IMG/VR virus record: IMGVR_UViG_3300031994_000047
Span: 1-64,000 of that record
Origin: a virus
Taxonomy: Duplodnaviria; Caudoviricetes
Length of the DNA stretch: 64,000 nt
Strand: one strand, 5' to 3'
The position numbers were made by a program, and so were the translations under genes. The notes under the pieces are model-generated. The model had not been told where the DNA came from. It did not search any database and saw nothing but the letters and a program-made list of their open reading frames with translations. This document shows positions 10,783 to 23,266 of the stretch, one piece after another. Every line of letters starts with the position of its first letter. Positions within the stretch are counted from its first letter, which is position 1.

Positions 10783-12339
10783 ATGATTGATAGAAATTCT
10801 ATTCTTCAAATCTTTGGTTCTCTCATGAAGCATCCACAGTATCTAAGCGAAACAGATAAATATACTCTAACCCCAGATGACTTTTATTATAGATTTGATA
10901 AATATATCTTTATAGCAATATCAAATCTTTATACAAATGGCGCGCAAAGGATTCAACCTATAGATGTAGAGAATTATCTCTCAACAAATGAGCCCGCACG
11001 CATCATATTCAAGCAACAAAACGGAATTGAGTTTTTACAAGATGCAGATGAATTATCAGAAGAATTAAACTTTCAGTATTATTATAAAAGACTAAAGAAA
11101 TTTAATCTCCTGGAATCATTTAAGTCAAAAGGATTTGATACTTCTGATATTTATGTTGATGATCCTTTAAACGATAAAGATTTAAAAGTAAATGAATCTT
11201 TTGAAAGTCTTGAAATTGATGATATTCTTGCAAAGATAAAACAAAAACTTTTAAAAATTGAAAGAAATTTCATACAGAATGATACAACTGAAACCACAGA
11301 TGTGTTTCAAGGCATAGAAGAGATAATTGAATCTGCAAATGATCGACTTGATGTAGGTATTCCACTTCAAGGAGAGATCTTTAATGAAATTTGTGCTGGC
11401 GCGCGCAAAGGAACGTTTTATTTGCGCTCAGGTTCAAGTGGTGTTGGTAAATCTCGTCAAGCCGTTGGGGATGCTTGTTATATAGCTTTTCCTTTTTATT
11501 ATGTTGAAGAACAAAAAAAATGGATATTTCGTGGCTCAAACAAAAAGGTTTTGTTTATTGCAACAGAGCAAGATCACAAAGAAATTCAAAAGATGATACT
11601 TGCATATCTTACGGGATTTAATGAAACAAAATTTAGATATGGTGGTTTCACCTCTGAAGAAGAGCGAATATTGCGGCAAGCAGTTGAACTTATAAAGATC
11701 TTTAAAGAGAATTTTTATATAGTAAGAATGCCCAATCCAACGATTGAACTTTTAAAGACAATTGTAAGAGAAAATGTGCTGATGCACGATATAGAATATG
11801 TATTTTTTGATTACATTCATATCGCGCCGAGTCTTTTAAATGAGTTTAAGGGGTTCTCGTTAAGAAATGATGAGTTATTGCTCATGATGTCCACGGCGCT
11901 TAAAGATCTAGCAGTTGAACTCCAAATCTTTGTTATGTCTTCAACTCAGGTAAATGCAAATGCAGATTCAACATAGAATATCCGAAATGAATCAACGCTT
12001 GCTGGTAGCCGTAGTATTATTAACAAAGCAGACTTGGGTGTTGTATGCGCTCGTCCCACAAAAGAAGAAATAGATCTTTTAACTTCAAGCAAAATAAGTC
12101 TAAGTGTAATGCCAAATATGGTAACAGATGTGTACAAAGTTAGAAGTGGTGAATGGACGCAAGTTAGAATTTGGAGCGATGTGAATCTTGGAAACCTTCG
12201 GAAAAAAGATTTGTTTGTTACAAATTCTCGAATGGAAGTTGTCGATGTTGGATTTTCTACTGCTTTTGAAGCGGCTTGGGACACAGAAGAGTATGAGCAA
12301 CTTTCAAAAGTCTTGGACGAGATAAATGGAATGGAGTAA
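10783..12339 (+). CDS. dnaB: DnaB-like replicative helicase (TAG=Gln at 11974)
   Basis: GSSGVGKS, FFDYIH, STQVN, GSRSIINKAD motifs continuous across the TAG. Confidence 0.9.
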
Positions 12340-12341
12340 AA

Positions 12342-13394
12342 ATGGCAATAAACTACAATGAGATTATTGAGAATTTAAAAGATGAAGATGTGTTTCATCT
12401 TTTAGAACGACTTGGCGCGGAGCCGATTGATAAAGGAGATTTTATTCTTTGTAAGACAATTTGTCATAATCCAGACCCAAAAGAAGCATCATATAAACTA
12501 TATTATTATAAAAATAGTCATATCTTCTATTGCTATACAGAGGATGGCGCGCAGTCCATATTTAAGTTCTTGAAGCATTATTATGAAACAAGAAATCTAG
12601 TTTATGACTGGTTTCAAGATATCTTACAAGTTGTTCTTACGTGCGCGCCCACAGCTTCGTGCGAGACAGAGGCAACGTATCGCGCGCAACGCGAGCAATA
12701 TACGCGGCGCAAAATAAATCGAGTTCTTCCTACTTTTAATAAAGGAATCATAGACAGTTTTAATACATACTATCCAATCGAATGGCTTCAAGATGGAATA
12801 TCTAAAGAGACAATGGAAAAATTTAACATTCGATTCGATTCCATAAATAACAAAGTTATAATTCCACATTATGATATAAAAGGACGACTCGTAGGAATTA
12901 GAGGGCGCGCGCTAAATCCAGAAGAAGTAGAACAATTTGGGAAATATGCGCCCATTCAACTTGAAGGTAAATGGTATTCACACCCATTAAGCCTAAATCT
13001 TTATGGATTAAATTTCACAAAAGGCGCAATAAAAGAACTTGGGATTGTTTATGTACTTGAAGCCGAAAAAGGAGTCTTGTAGCTAGATTCTTTTCCAAAG
13101 TTTCGTAATTGCGGCGTTGCAGTCTGCGGCAGCAACTTCAATAAATTTCAAATGGACATTCTTATTCGTAATATAAAGCCGCGCGAAGTCGTTTTATGTT
13201 TTGATAACGAAGAGAAACCAAAAGAAGACATATATTTTCAAAAGCTTTGGAATATATGTCAAAAATACAAACAATATTGTAATATGAGTTTTATATATGA
13301 TAGAGATCATATAACAAATTTGAAAGATTCTCCAACTGATAAAGGACCAGAGATCTTTCAAAAACTTTTAAAAGAAAGGGTAAGAGTATATTAA
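12342..13394 (+). CDS. DNA primase (TAG=Gln at 13080)
   Basis: CHN Zn-binding N-terminus, IIPH..GRLVGIRGR, EAEKGVL(Q), CFD TOPRIM. Confidence 0.88.
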
Positions 13395-15155
13395 ATGGAT
13401 GTAAAATTAGTAAATCCAAATTTTGAATCGAACTATGTTGAAAACTTGCTTCGCGCGCGAGGTGTGAGTTCTATTGAAGATTATATGGATCCTTAGTCTT
13501 ATGAACTTCAAAATCCTAAAGACTTGAAGAATATTGGTATTGGCGCGGCATTATATAATCGAATTGTCTTAAATAATAAGCCGCCATACTCACGGATTCT
13601 TTTGATCGTCGACAGTGACGTGGACGGGTTCTCAAGTGCAGCAATCTTTTATCTCTTTACAAAGCAAGTAAACTGTCATTGTCAAATTGATTATTGGCTA
13701 CATAGCGGAAAGCAACATGGGCTTCAAGATCATATAGAACGTCTTATGAGTGAAAATATTGAGTATGATTTGATTGTCTGTCCAGATAGTAGCAGTAATG
13801 ATGCGACATACCACGATATGTTAAGTGAGATTAAAATTCCTTGTCTCGTATTAGACCACCACTTGACAGATGTGAAACTTAGTGATAATGCGGTTGTTAT
13901 TAATAATTAGATTTCTCCCAATTATCGTAACAAAGAATTGGTCGGCGCGGGTGTGACTTTTCAATTTTGTCGATATATAGATTCACTTTTAGGGTCTCAC
14001 TTTGCAGATAAACTGATTGATCTCGCGGCGCTCGGTCAGATAGGTGATATGGGTAGTGTTTTAACTTTAGAAAACCGATATATTATAAAAGAAGGATTAT
14101 CTCATATTTAGAATAAAATGTTTCGCGCGATTCTTGAGAAACAATCATATTCTATAACTGGAACAATGAATGCCTCTTGGGAAGAAATTGTAGAAAAGAC
14201 GAATCCAATTTCAGTTGCTTTTTATGTTGTTCCTCTTGTAAATGCAGTTATACGCGTCGGGACAATGGAAGAAAAGGAACTTCTGTTTAAAGCCTTTTTA
14301 GATGGCGATAAAATGGTTCCTTGCAATAAAAGGGGCGCAAAAGGAACTTTAGAGCGTGCTTGTGTAGAAGCAACTCGAATTGCCACAAATGCACGCGCCC
14401 ATCAAAATAAGTTTCTTGACGCTGCCGTTGAAAAATTAGAGGCGCGTATTTTCAAATATGATCTCTTAGAGAATAAAATTTTGTGTGTTGTATTAGATGA
14501 TACCGATACCTTTCCAAGTGAATTAAACGGTCTTCTCGCTATGCGTCTGAGTGCTAAGTATCACCATCCAACAATGGTTGTGCGCGAAAATGATGAGGGA
14601 TATTTGCGCGGAAGCATGAGAGGTCTTAGTAACAATAAATTCTCAAACTTTAAGGACTATTTGCAATCGACAGGATTATTTGAATATGTAATGGGACATT
14701 AGGGCGCCGCTGGTTGCTCACTACCAGCTCGCTCGCTTGAAACATTTTTTGAGTGCTCAAATTATGATTTAAAAGATTATGACTTTAATGAAAGCGAATA
14801 TCTTGTGAATTTTATGCGTGATGCATCAGACTAGGATGTTATTGATATTATTAGCGATATTAGTAATGCTGGTGGAATCTGGGGACAAGGGTCGCCTGAA
14901 CCTTTGATTTATATAAGAAATATTCCACTTTCTAATATCAAAATTATGGGGAGCAATAAAGACACCCTAAAAATTGAGTATAATGGTATTGCTTATATGA
15001 AATTCCATGCAAAAGATTTAATAGAAGAAATCTCAAATGGAAATAAAATAGATATTGTAGGACGCGCGAATCTAAATGAGTGGAACGGAACGGTTACACC
15101 TTAGATTTTTATTGATGCTTATGAGGTGAAAAATGAAAGAAACCTTGGATTTTAA
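13395..15155 (+). CDS. recJ: RecJ-like DHH ssDNA exonuclease (TAG=Gln)
   Basis: DSDVDG, LDHH, RGSMRG, GH(Q)GAAG, TP(Q)IFI; ORF fragments share one frame. Confidence 0.88.
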
Positions 15156-15855
15156 TTCGTTTTTAAATATTGATTGTATGGAATATATGAAAGAAATGAA
15201 AGATAAAAGTGTTGATTTTACTTTAACTGATATTCCATATGGAGAAGTGTCGCGCGCGACAGGAACTTTAACCCAACTCTCAAATCTCGACAAACTCGGT
15301 GTAGCAGATATTGTAACTTTTAATGTGCAAAAATTTTGTGAAGAAGTGTATAGAATTACAAAGAATATGATATGTATTTTTTGTGGTAGAGAATAGTTCT
15401 CTGATATTTTTAAGTTTTTTGCTTCTAAGCCTGGAACTACGCGCCCGATTGTTTGGCAGAAGACTAATCCAGTTCCTTCCAATGGGCAATATGTGTATTT
15501 AAGCGGTGTAGAATTTGCGGTATGGTTTAAGCGCAAAGGCGGCACGCACTTTAATGCAAATTGTAAGAATACGGTGTTTTCTTATCCGATTCCTGGTGGT
15601 AAGAATCGAATTCATCCCACTCAAAAGCATTGGGGACTTTGGAAAGAGCTTATGCTAGATTGCAGTTGCGAAGGAGATTTAATATTTGATCCTTGCGCGG
15701 GTTCTGGTGTGACTGCATGGGTCGCCGCAGAAAATAAACGCAACTTTCTGTGTCTTGAACTTGATAAAGAGACATATGAAAAAAGTTATGAATGGTTAAA
15801 AAGAGAGAAAGGATTATTTAAAAATGAGACTAATACAAATTCTAAAGATTCTTGA
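15133..15855 (+). CDS. DNA N6-adenine/N4-cytosine methyltransferase, beta class (TAG=Gln)
   Basis: TDIPY catalytic motif, HPTQK, FDPCAGSG SAM-binding motif. Confidence 0.85.
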
Positions 15856-16021
15856 GCCTTATATGAATGATTTTCAAAAAGAATATTCTTTATGGGCAGA
15901 ACATGATATTGTAGGCTTTTAGGTTGACCCAGAATTAATTCAAAAATGTCACTTAGAAGAATTAGAAAGTCTTGGGGTACATTTTGATCCTGAATATGAT
16001 AGTTTAGTAATGTATGTATAA
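15824..16021 (+). CDS. Hypothetical protein (TAG=Gln)
   Basis: 65-aa ORF under code 15 filling the gap between the two MTases. Confidence 0.55.
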
Positions 16022-16032
16022 AAGGAGATTAA

Positions 16033-16737
16033 ATGAAAGTATTAGTAGCTTGTGAAGAATCTCAGCGAGTCTGCGCCGCATTTCGCGCGCGAGGTCACGA
16101 AGCATATTCTTGTGATATAATTGATCCAAGCGGCGGTCATCCAGAATGGCACATAAAACAAGATGTATTAGGAATTTTAAATCCTTATAATACTTGCCCT
16201 GATGCGCCAGTAGCTGATCTAGGAATTTTATTTAAAACTATGAATGGACAATATCACTTTGTGTCTAAATGGGATCTAATTATAGCCCATCCACCTTGCA
16301 CTCTGCTTACTTGTACTGGTAATCGTTGGTTTAATATCGAAAAATATGGTGATAAGGCGCGCAAGCGTCTCGAAGACAGAGAAGAAGCTGTGAAATTCTT
16401 TATGGCTTTTGTAAATGCAAATTGCGATCATATTGCAATTGAGAATCCTGTAGGTATAATGTCAACACGTTGGCGCAAACCTGATCAAATTATCTAGCCC
16501 TGGTGGTTTGGCGATCCATATGAAAAGAAGACTTGTTTATGGCTAAAAGGATTGCCAAAACTTGAAAAAACAAATCCAGTCAAACCAGAAGAACGCATAA
16601 AATTCTCAAGTGGAAAATCAATGCCGGCTTGGTATTGCGAAGCAGCATCTTTGCCGCCTGCAGAGCGCAGTAGAGTTCGTAGTCAAACTTTTCCTGGCTT
16701 CGCGCAAGCTATGGCAGAATAGTGGGGTATTTTATGA
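16033..16737 (+). CDS. Phage C5-cytosine DNA methyltransferase-like protein (TAG=Gln)
   Basis: MKVLVACEES, HPPCT, IENP, QII(Q)PW, RSQTFPG, AMAE(Q)WG family motifs. Confidence 0.85.
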
Positions 16738-17033
16738 ATACATTTATTGATATAGCATATAAAGCATATTGCGAAGAAGGCGATTAGTTTGATTGTCGTT
16801 CTTGTGATATGTATGATTATTTAAAAGACTGTTTAAAAATGCCTTTTAATTCAACTTCGTGCAGAGAATAGCTTCTTTTTGAAGTGACTAAAGAAGGTAA
16901 ACATTTACAAGAGCTTTTAAAACTAGAGTATTTTGGCAAATGCAAGCACTGTAAGCATTTAAAAGATTGCCAAATTGATAGCGGTCATTATAATACCATT
17001 AATTGCTATCAATGGAATGGTAAATTTGAATAA
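16734..17033 (+). CDS. Cys-rich hypothetical protein (TAG=Gln)
   Basis: 99-aa ORF under code 15, ATGA overlap with upstream gene. Confidence 0.6.
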
Positions 17034-17052
17034 GAAGAAGAAGGATTATTAA

Positions 17053-17427
17053 ATGTCTAAAACTTTAAACTGTCCTAACTGTGGCGCACCATTGAATCCA
17101 GACGCAAATAAATGTTCTTATTGTGGAACTTCTTATTTTGATATGACATCAATTAATATTGATGATGGAGAACCTTTTTATTTAAAACTTAAAAGACGAA
17201 CACCAGATGGTGGATATGATATTATTACTGCTTTTGTCCGCGCCGATCCTAATCTAAGTATAACTTGTGAACAAGATACTATTTATTGTGGAGGTCCAGG
17301 AATAGGCTATAAACCTTTTAGTAGTCCAGCGCGATTGGAATTTAGTATGAATTTTCATTCCGTAAATAGAAGATTTAGCGACGAACCCCATCCAGTTACT
17401 TTTGAACATATTAAAGCCAAAACTTGA
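17053..17427 (+). CDS. Zinc-ribbon protein
   Basis: CPNCGAPL..CSYCG; RBS. Confidence 0.7.
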   Translation: MSKTLNCPNCGAPLNPDANKCSYCGTSYFDMTSINIDDGEPFYLKLKRRTPDGGYDIITAFVRADPNLSITCEQDTIYCGGPGIGYKPFSSPARLEFSMNFHSVNRRFSDEPHPVTFEHIKAKT

Positions 17428-17482
17428 AAAATTTTTAAAAATATGATATAATATATACAGAAAGATAGAAAAGGAGATAAGA

Positions 17483-17749
17483 ATGTATTTAGCAATTTTA
17501 AACTTTAAAGACGGACACTCCTGGAATATGGCATTTGAAAATTCTTAGATATCAACTTTAAATATTAGCATAAATCCTACTAAAACTAATGATAAAATAG
17601 AAGATTTTTTGAGCATAAAACTCTTTAATGTCTAGCTTATAATCGCGCCCATGTCTGAAGTTATTTGTTATGAACTAAAATATGAAAGAAATGAAAAAGA
17701 ACTCAGCGATGAGACATTAGAACTTTTTAAGGAACGGTTAAAAAGGTGA
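17483..17749 (+). CDS. Hypothetical protein (TAG=Gln)
   Basis: Promoter TTGAAA(17424)-17-TATAAT, AAGGAG RBS, 88 aa with two TAG. Confidence 0.6.
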
Positions 17750-17758
17750 TTCTAAAAA

Positions 17759-20700
17759 ATGAAAGAAGTATTTAATTATCCAGGCAGTCTTCATAATCAT
17801 ACTGAATTTTCAAATCTTCGTTTACGCGATTGTATCATAAAAATTCCTCAAGCCATGACTCGCGCGGAAGAACTTAATCATAAGGTAATTGCTTTTACAG
17901 ATCACGAATCAGTTTCTTCTTGGATTCAAATAGAAAAAGAGGCTAAAAAGCATCCAAACTTAAAAGTTCTAAGAGGTAATGAAATTTATCTTGTTAGAAA
18001 TGGTTTAAATGCAGATAATTTTGATAGGGAAAAAGATAGATATTATCATTTCTTATTGATTGCTAAGGACCTCAAGGGAATGAAACAAATAATGGAAATC
18101 TCAACTCGTGCTTGGATGAGATCTTATATGGCGCGCGGTATGAGACGAGTACCAACCTATTATCAAGATTTGTTTGATATTATCGGCGCAAATCCTGGTC
18201 ATGTTATTGGTTCAACAGCTTGTCTTGGTGGCGCGCTTCCTACACAGATTTTGCGTGGGACTGAGGAAGAGAAACTTCATCGTTGGATTAATCAGATGAT
18301 AGAAATTTTTGGAAAAAAAGATTTTTATCTTGAAATGCAACCAAGTTTTAATAAAGACCAAATTAAAGTCAATAAAAAATTATTTAAGTTCGCAACTTAT
18401 CACGGTCTTAACTATATCATTACTACCGACTCGCACTATTTGAAAAAAGAAGATCGTCCAATCCACAAAGCTTTTTTAAATTCTCAAAATGGTGACAGAG
18501 AAGTAGATGACTTCTATGCAAGCACATATATGATGGGAACTGAAGAACTCGAATCATATATGAAGGCCAGCTTTGATGATATTGATCTCATTCGTGCTTC
18601 ATATAAAACCATCCAAGACATCGCAGATAAATGTGAAGATTTTAGTTTGTTAAAGCCACTAAAAATCCCCGAGCTTTTATGGCGCCCAGTCATTAAACAT
18701 AGTAGTCGTAATGTACAAATATTTATTGATTTAATGCCTACTTTGGAAAAGTTTTATACTTCACCATATAAAAGCGATCAATATCTAGTAGATGCAATTA
18801 TCGATGGGATTGAAAACCACCCAGATCTTCAAAACAAAGAAGCATACGCTGCTCTTGAAGATAACCTTCAGCGTACTTGGGAATCATCAGAAGTAAATAA
18901 AGCAAGATGGAGTGCATACTTTCTTAATCTTCAGCGCAATATTGATGAGTGCTGGAACGCAGGAACGATCGTAGGTCCCGCGCGTGGATCTGGCGGAGGA
19001 TTCTTGCTTCTTTATTGTTTGGATATCATCCAAATGAATACGTTAAGAGAAGCTACTAAATGTTTCCCTTGGAGGTTTTTGAATCCTAAGCGTGAATCTG
19101 TCTTGGATATTGATACAGATATCGAAGGTTCAAAGCGCGCGCAAGTTCTCACGCACTTTCGTAAGGTTTATGGAGAAGATAGGGTTGCAAATGTATCTAC
19201 TTTTAGAACTGAAAAATCTAAATCAGCAATTCTAACTGCGTGCAGAGGTTTAAATATAGATGTCGATATCGCGCAGTATATTGCAAGTTTGATACCAGCT
19301 GATCGTGGACAACTTCGCAGTCTAAAACAGTGTTTAGAAGGCGATGAAGAACAAGGTTGGGCACCAATCAAACAATTTGTATTTGAAATGACTGAAAATT
19401 ATCCAGAGGTATGGAATGTTGCTTCAAATATTGAAGGTTTGATAAATGGATCTGGTATTCACGCAGGAGGCGTTATATTCGTTGATGAACCTTTTACAGA
19501 ATCAACTGGACTTATGCGCGCGCCTGATGGTACAATTTGTACAGCTTTTGATCTTCATGACTGCGAAGATGCTAGTCTTATAAAGATTGACCTTTTATCA
19601 GTTGAAGCGATGGATAAAATTCATAATTGTATTGATTTACTTTGTGAATATGGTTATGCAGAACGCAAACCAACTTTGCGCGAAACATACGAATCAATTG
19701 TGGGTATTTATAATCTTGAGCGCACAGATTCTCAAATGTGGGATATGGTTTTAAATCATAAAATTAGTTCCTTGTTCCAAATGGAGAAGCAATCTGGAAT
19801 AAACGGAATTGCTTTAGCTAAGCCGCAATCTGTTGATGAACTTGCCGTTCTAAACTCAGTTATTCGTCTTATGGCGCCAGAGAAAGGAGCCGAGCAGCCT
19901 CTTGATACTTGGGCAAAATATCGTAAAAATATAAATATTTGGAAACAAGAGATGCAGCAATATGGTCTTCTTGAAGATCAAATTGAATGGCTAATGCACA
20001 ACTCAGCAATCACAGATGGAATTTGTGAAAGTCAAGAGGGATTGATGTCATTGTTACAAGATCCTAGACTTGGTGGAAATGATCTATCTTTTGCTGATAA
20101 GTGCCGTAAAGCAATTGCAAAGAAACAAGGTAAGCTCTTTGAAGAATGTGAGCAGTTTTATTTTCAAAATGCAAAAGATAAAAATTGCGATATGAAACTC
20201 GTACATTATGTATGGGATGTATTACTTAGAGTGCAGAGAGGTTATTCTTTCTGCCGCGCGCACTGTTTGGCTTATAGCCTTGTCGCTCTTCAAGAAATGA
20301 ACTTAGCTTATAAATATCCAATAATCTTTTGGAATACAGCTTGTCTTATAAATGATGCTGGCGGTGATAATGAAGATGAAGAAGATGAAACTGCCGCAGA
20401 AGAATTAAAAGTAGAAGAGTCTTATTCTAACGAAATGGAAGAATTTAATGAAGAAGAGGACGAAGAAGAGGACTCTTATGAAGAAGAAGATTGTGATGGA
20501 TATCCAGCGGATGTAATTAAAACAAAAGATGGAAAGAAAAAGAAAAAAGTTAAAAGTACAAACTACGGTAAAGTTGCATCTGCTATTGGAAAGATTATGT
20601 CAGAAGGCGTGAAGATCGCACCGCCGAACATTAATAATTCTACTTTTACTTTCTCTCCAGATGTCGAGCAAAATGTTATTAGATATGGATTAGCTGGTAT

Positions 20701-21757
20701 CACAAGAATTGGAAACGATCTCATAAAGTTAATTATTGAGAATCGTCCATATAAAAGTATAGATGACTTCCTCGCGCGCGTTAAAGTGACAAAGCCGCAA
20801 ATGGTAAATCTTATAAAGTGCGGCGCATTTGATGATTTTGGGATTAGAGACGAGCTTATGTTTCAATATATTAGTTCAATAAGCGGCGCGAAGTCAACTC
20901 TTAATCTTCGTAATATGAAAATGTTACTAGACTTTAAGTTGATTCCTGAGAAGTATAGTTTTGAATGTAAGATTTTTAACTTCACAAAATATCTGCGCAC
21001 AATGAAACTTGGTACAGATTTTTATGGGCTTGATAATATTGCATTTGAGTTTTATGAGAAGAATTGTGATGTGGACCTTTTAGTCCAAACGGATGAAACT
21101 GAAAGTGGTTTCAAAATAGAACAAAAGAAATGGGACAAAATCTATAAAAAGTATATGACTGTAATAAGTGATTATATCAAAAAGAATTTATCTCAACTTC
21201 TAAAGACAGTAAATGATAAACTTACTTTTGATATGTGGCACAAATATTGCGAAGGAACTATTAGTAAGTGGGAAATGGATTCTATTTCTTGTTATATTCA
21301 TCCGCACGAGTTATGTCGCGCCGACCTTGAGCAATATGGGATTGATGAATTTGAATTCTTGTCGCGCACACCAGAAATAGATCGATATATTCCAATAAAG
21401 GGAAAACAGATTCCACTTTTCAAGCTCCATAGAATCGCGGGAACAGTTCTCGATCGTGATAAAACAAAGAAGACTGTTACTTTGCTTACAACTAGCGGCG
21501 TTGTCCTCGTAAAAATATATGGCGCTTTTCAAGCTTATGATAGACAGATAAGCGAACGCGATTCAACTGGTAAAAAACACATAATTGAAAAAAGTGCGTT
21601 TTCGCGCGGAAATAAGATTGTTGTAACTGGGATTCGTAGTGAAGATGATTTTATTGCAAAAGTCTACAAAGCAACTCCATATCATAGAGTTGAACTTATT
21701 GATACAATAAGCGACAATGGTTCTCTTACATTCCGCGCGCGACAAGAGGAGGCATAA
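17759..21757 (+). CDS. dnaE: DNA polymerase III alpha subunit (DnaE-type, family C)
   Basis: PHP domain (LHNHTEFS, TDH, TDSHY), GPARGSGGG, LDIDTD, GIHAGG, KIDLL, GYSFCRAH; 1332 aa with no TAG. Confidence 0.95.
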   Translation: MKEVFNYPGSLHNHTEFSNLRLRDCIIKIPQAMTRAEELNHKVIAFTDHESVSSWIQIEKEAKKHPNLKVLRGNEIYLVRNGLNADNFDREKDRYYHFLLIAKDLKGMKQIMEISTRAWMRSYMARGMRRVPTYYQDLFDIIGANPGHVIGSTACLGGALPTQILRGTEEEKLHRWINQMIEIFGKKDFYLEMQPSFNKDQIKVNKKLFKFATYHGLNYIITTDSHYLKKEDRPIHKAFLNSQNGDREVDDFYASTYMMGTEELESYMKASFDDIDLIRASYKTIQDIADKCEDFSLLKPLKIPELLWRPVIKHSSRNVQIFIDLMPTLEKFYTSPYKSDQYLVDAIIDGIENHPDLQNKEAYAALEDNLQRTWESSEVNKARWSAYFLNLQRNIDECWNAGTIVGPARGSGGGFLLLYCLDIIQMNTLREATKCFPWRFLNPKRESVLDIDTDIEGSKRAQVLTHFRKVYGEDRVANVSTFRTEKSKSAILTACRGLNIDVDIAQYIASLIPADRGQLRSLKQCLEGDEEQGWAPIKQFVFEMTENYPEVWNVASNIEGLINGSGIHAGGVIFVDEPFTESTGLMRAPDGTICTAFDLHDCEDASLIKIDLLSVEAMDKIHNCIDLLCEYGYAERKPTLRETYESIVGIYNLERTDSQMWDMVLNHKISSLFQMEKQSGINGIALAKPQSVDELAVLNSVIRLMAPEKGAEQPLDTWAKYRKNINIWKQEMQQYGLLEDQIEWLMHNSAITDGICESQEGLMSLLQDPRLGGNDLSFADKCRKAIAKKQGKLFEECEQFYFQNAKDKNCDMKLVHYVWDVLLRVQRGYSFCRAHCLAYSLVALQEMNLAYKYPIIFWNTACLINDAGGDNEDEEDETAAEELKVEESYSNEMEEFNEEEDEEEDSYEEEDCDGYPADVIKTKDGKKKKKVKSTNYGKVASAIGKIMSEGVKIAPPNINNSTFTFSPDVEQNVIRYGLAGITRIGNDLIKLIIENRPYKSIDDFLARVKVTKPQMVNLIKCGAFDDFGIRDELMFQYISSISGAKSTLNLRNMKMLLDFKLIPEKYSFECKIFNFTKYLRTMKLGTDFYGLDNIAFEFYEKNCDVDLLVQTDETESGFKIEQKKWDKIYKKYMTVISDYIKKNLSQLLKTVNDKLTFDMWHKYCEGTISKWEMDSISCYIHPHELCRADLEQYGIDEFEFLSRTPEIDRYIPIKGKQIPLFKLHRIAGTVLDRDKTKKTVTLLTTSGVVLVKIYGAFQAYDRQISERDSTGKKHIIEKSAFSRGNKIVVTGIRSEDDFIAKVYKATPYHRVELIDTISDNGSLTFRARQEEA

Positions 21758-22899
21758 TGTCAATCGGAATTTATGATTTTGATTTTTTTAACTATCCAGA
21801 AGTAGTGCCAAATCTCGAATGCGCGAAGCTCCTTGCATATTATCGAAATCATAATCAAATTACAGTTCTAACTGATCGACTAAATCCTTATGCTTACTCT
21901 AAATTCTTTATACGAAAAGACTATGATGATGGAACTGTTTTTCCTAAAGAATTGATCTCAAATTGTGAAATCGGTGGGAGATATTTCTCTGGTGAAAAAT
22001 ATCTCCCACTCTCCAAAGAAATCGAACTGACTAAACCAGACTTCTATGCGTATCAAAAATTCATAAATCTTTTTTCAGTTGTCCCAAGTTATCGTGATAA
22101 ACTCAAAAGAATCTTGAATTGCGCGCATTTTAGATTCGCGCCCGACTCTAAGAATCTCTTGCCACTTGAATTTTTGAAGTCTTAGATTGAAAAAAAATAG
22201 AACGGATTGTTCGCGCATGATTTTGATCTTGCTAGTTTTAAATCTGCGCCCGATCTTATAGTTGAGTTGTAGGATTCTTTTTTAAAGTCGAATAATGAAA
22301 CAAGGCTACCCTTTGGGAATAAGTTCCCGCTAAAAATCTATGAGTATTCTGATCTTTAGAAATGGTGTCAAGTAAAGTTTATTCCAGATGCTTTCTTCTT
22401 ATAGTATGAAGGATTGATGGACACAGAGAATTTAATTTCTTTTTCGGAGTCTTGCCCGCATATTTGCGCGCGAACCTTTTATAATGTTTCTTTCGGGTGC
22501 TTCGATGAAAACGATTTTTTGATGAATCGCGCACCAATAATTTTTCTTTAGTCTTTGATTTTGCGAAGAAATAAGAAGAAAATTCTACTTACTTATGATC
22601 GGAATATTCTTATTAAGAAAATCGTAAGAGATTTCATTACACTTTTAAATTTATTCCTTGATTTTAGGTGTGATGATGGACGCGGCGATTCAACGATTAC
22701 AATGTTTCGATTTGTGAAATATTGGACAAAAATTCATCCAACTGGATCTGGTCTTTCAACTGAAGAAATAAGACAAATATTCCGATTCTTTGAAGAAACA
22801 AATCCAGAGTTATTTAAAGCCTTTTATGACTTATAGTCTGTGGATTTTATAGGAGGAAAGTATATAAATGACAGGAGAAGAAATAAGACAACAAATTGA
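21757..22899 (+). CDS. Hypothetical protein; N-terminus resembles PNLxxxKL..Y radical-SAM-associated domain (TAG=Gln)
   Basis: Single frame through several TAGs to TGA 22899; no CxxxCxxC seen. Confidence 0.55.
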
Positions 22900-23059
22900 T
22901 GAAAATAATAAGCATATCGAAGAGTTGTTAAACCCCGCTTTTTTTGTATTAAATAAAGACATTTAGACTTATATGCAAAAAAATATGGCTTTGCGCGCGA
23001 TATGTAAGCATGAATTTAAAGGAAGAAAATGTATCTTTTGTGATTACGAGGTGGACTAA
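22868..23059 (+). CDS. Small hypothetical protein with CxH..CxxC (TAG=Gln)
   Basis: AGGAGG RBS, 63 aa. Confidence 0.6.
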
Positions 23060-23266
23060 ATGAGGGTTATATTATATAGCACAAATTGCCCACGCTGTCA
23101 AGTTCTGAAACGAAAGCTAGAAGAAAAAGGAATAAGTTTTGAGCTTGAGGCTAATGTGGATAAAATGTTAGATCTTGGAATTGAAATCGCGCCAGCTCTA
23201 TTTGTCGATGGAAATTTAATGGATTTTGGAAAAGCGATTAAGTGGATTGAGACTTTGGAGGGTTAA
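23060..23266 (+). CDS. Glutaredoxin/NrdH-like redoxin
   Basis: YSTNCPRC, APALFVDG; directly upstream of nrdD. Confidence 0.85.
   Translation: MRVILYSTNCPRCQVLKRKLEEKGISFELEANVDKMLDLGIEIAPALFVDGNLMDFGKAIKWIETLEG

Noticed and set aside
21757-22899. Radical SAM enzyme
   Set aside because: N-terminus resembles such families but no CxxxCxxC motif is present
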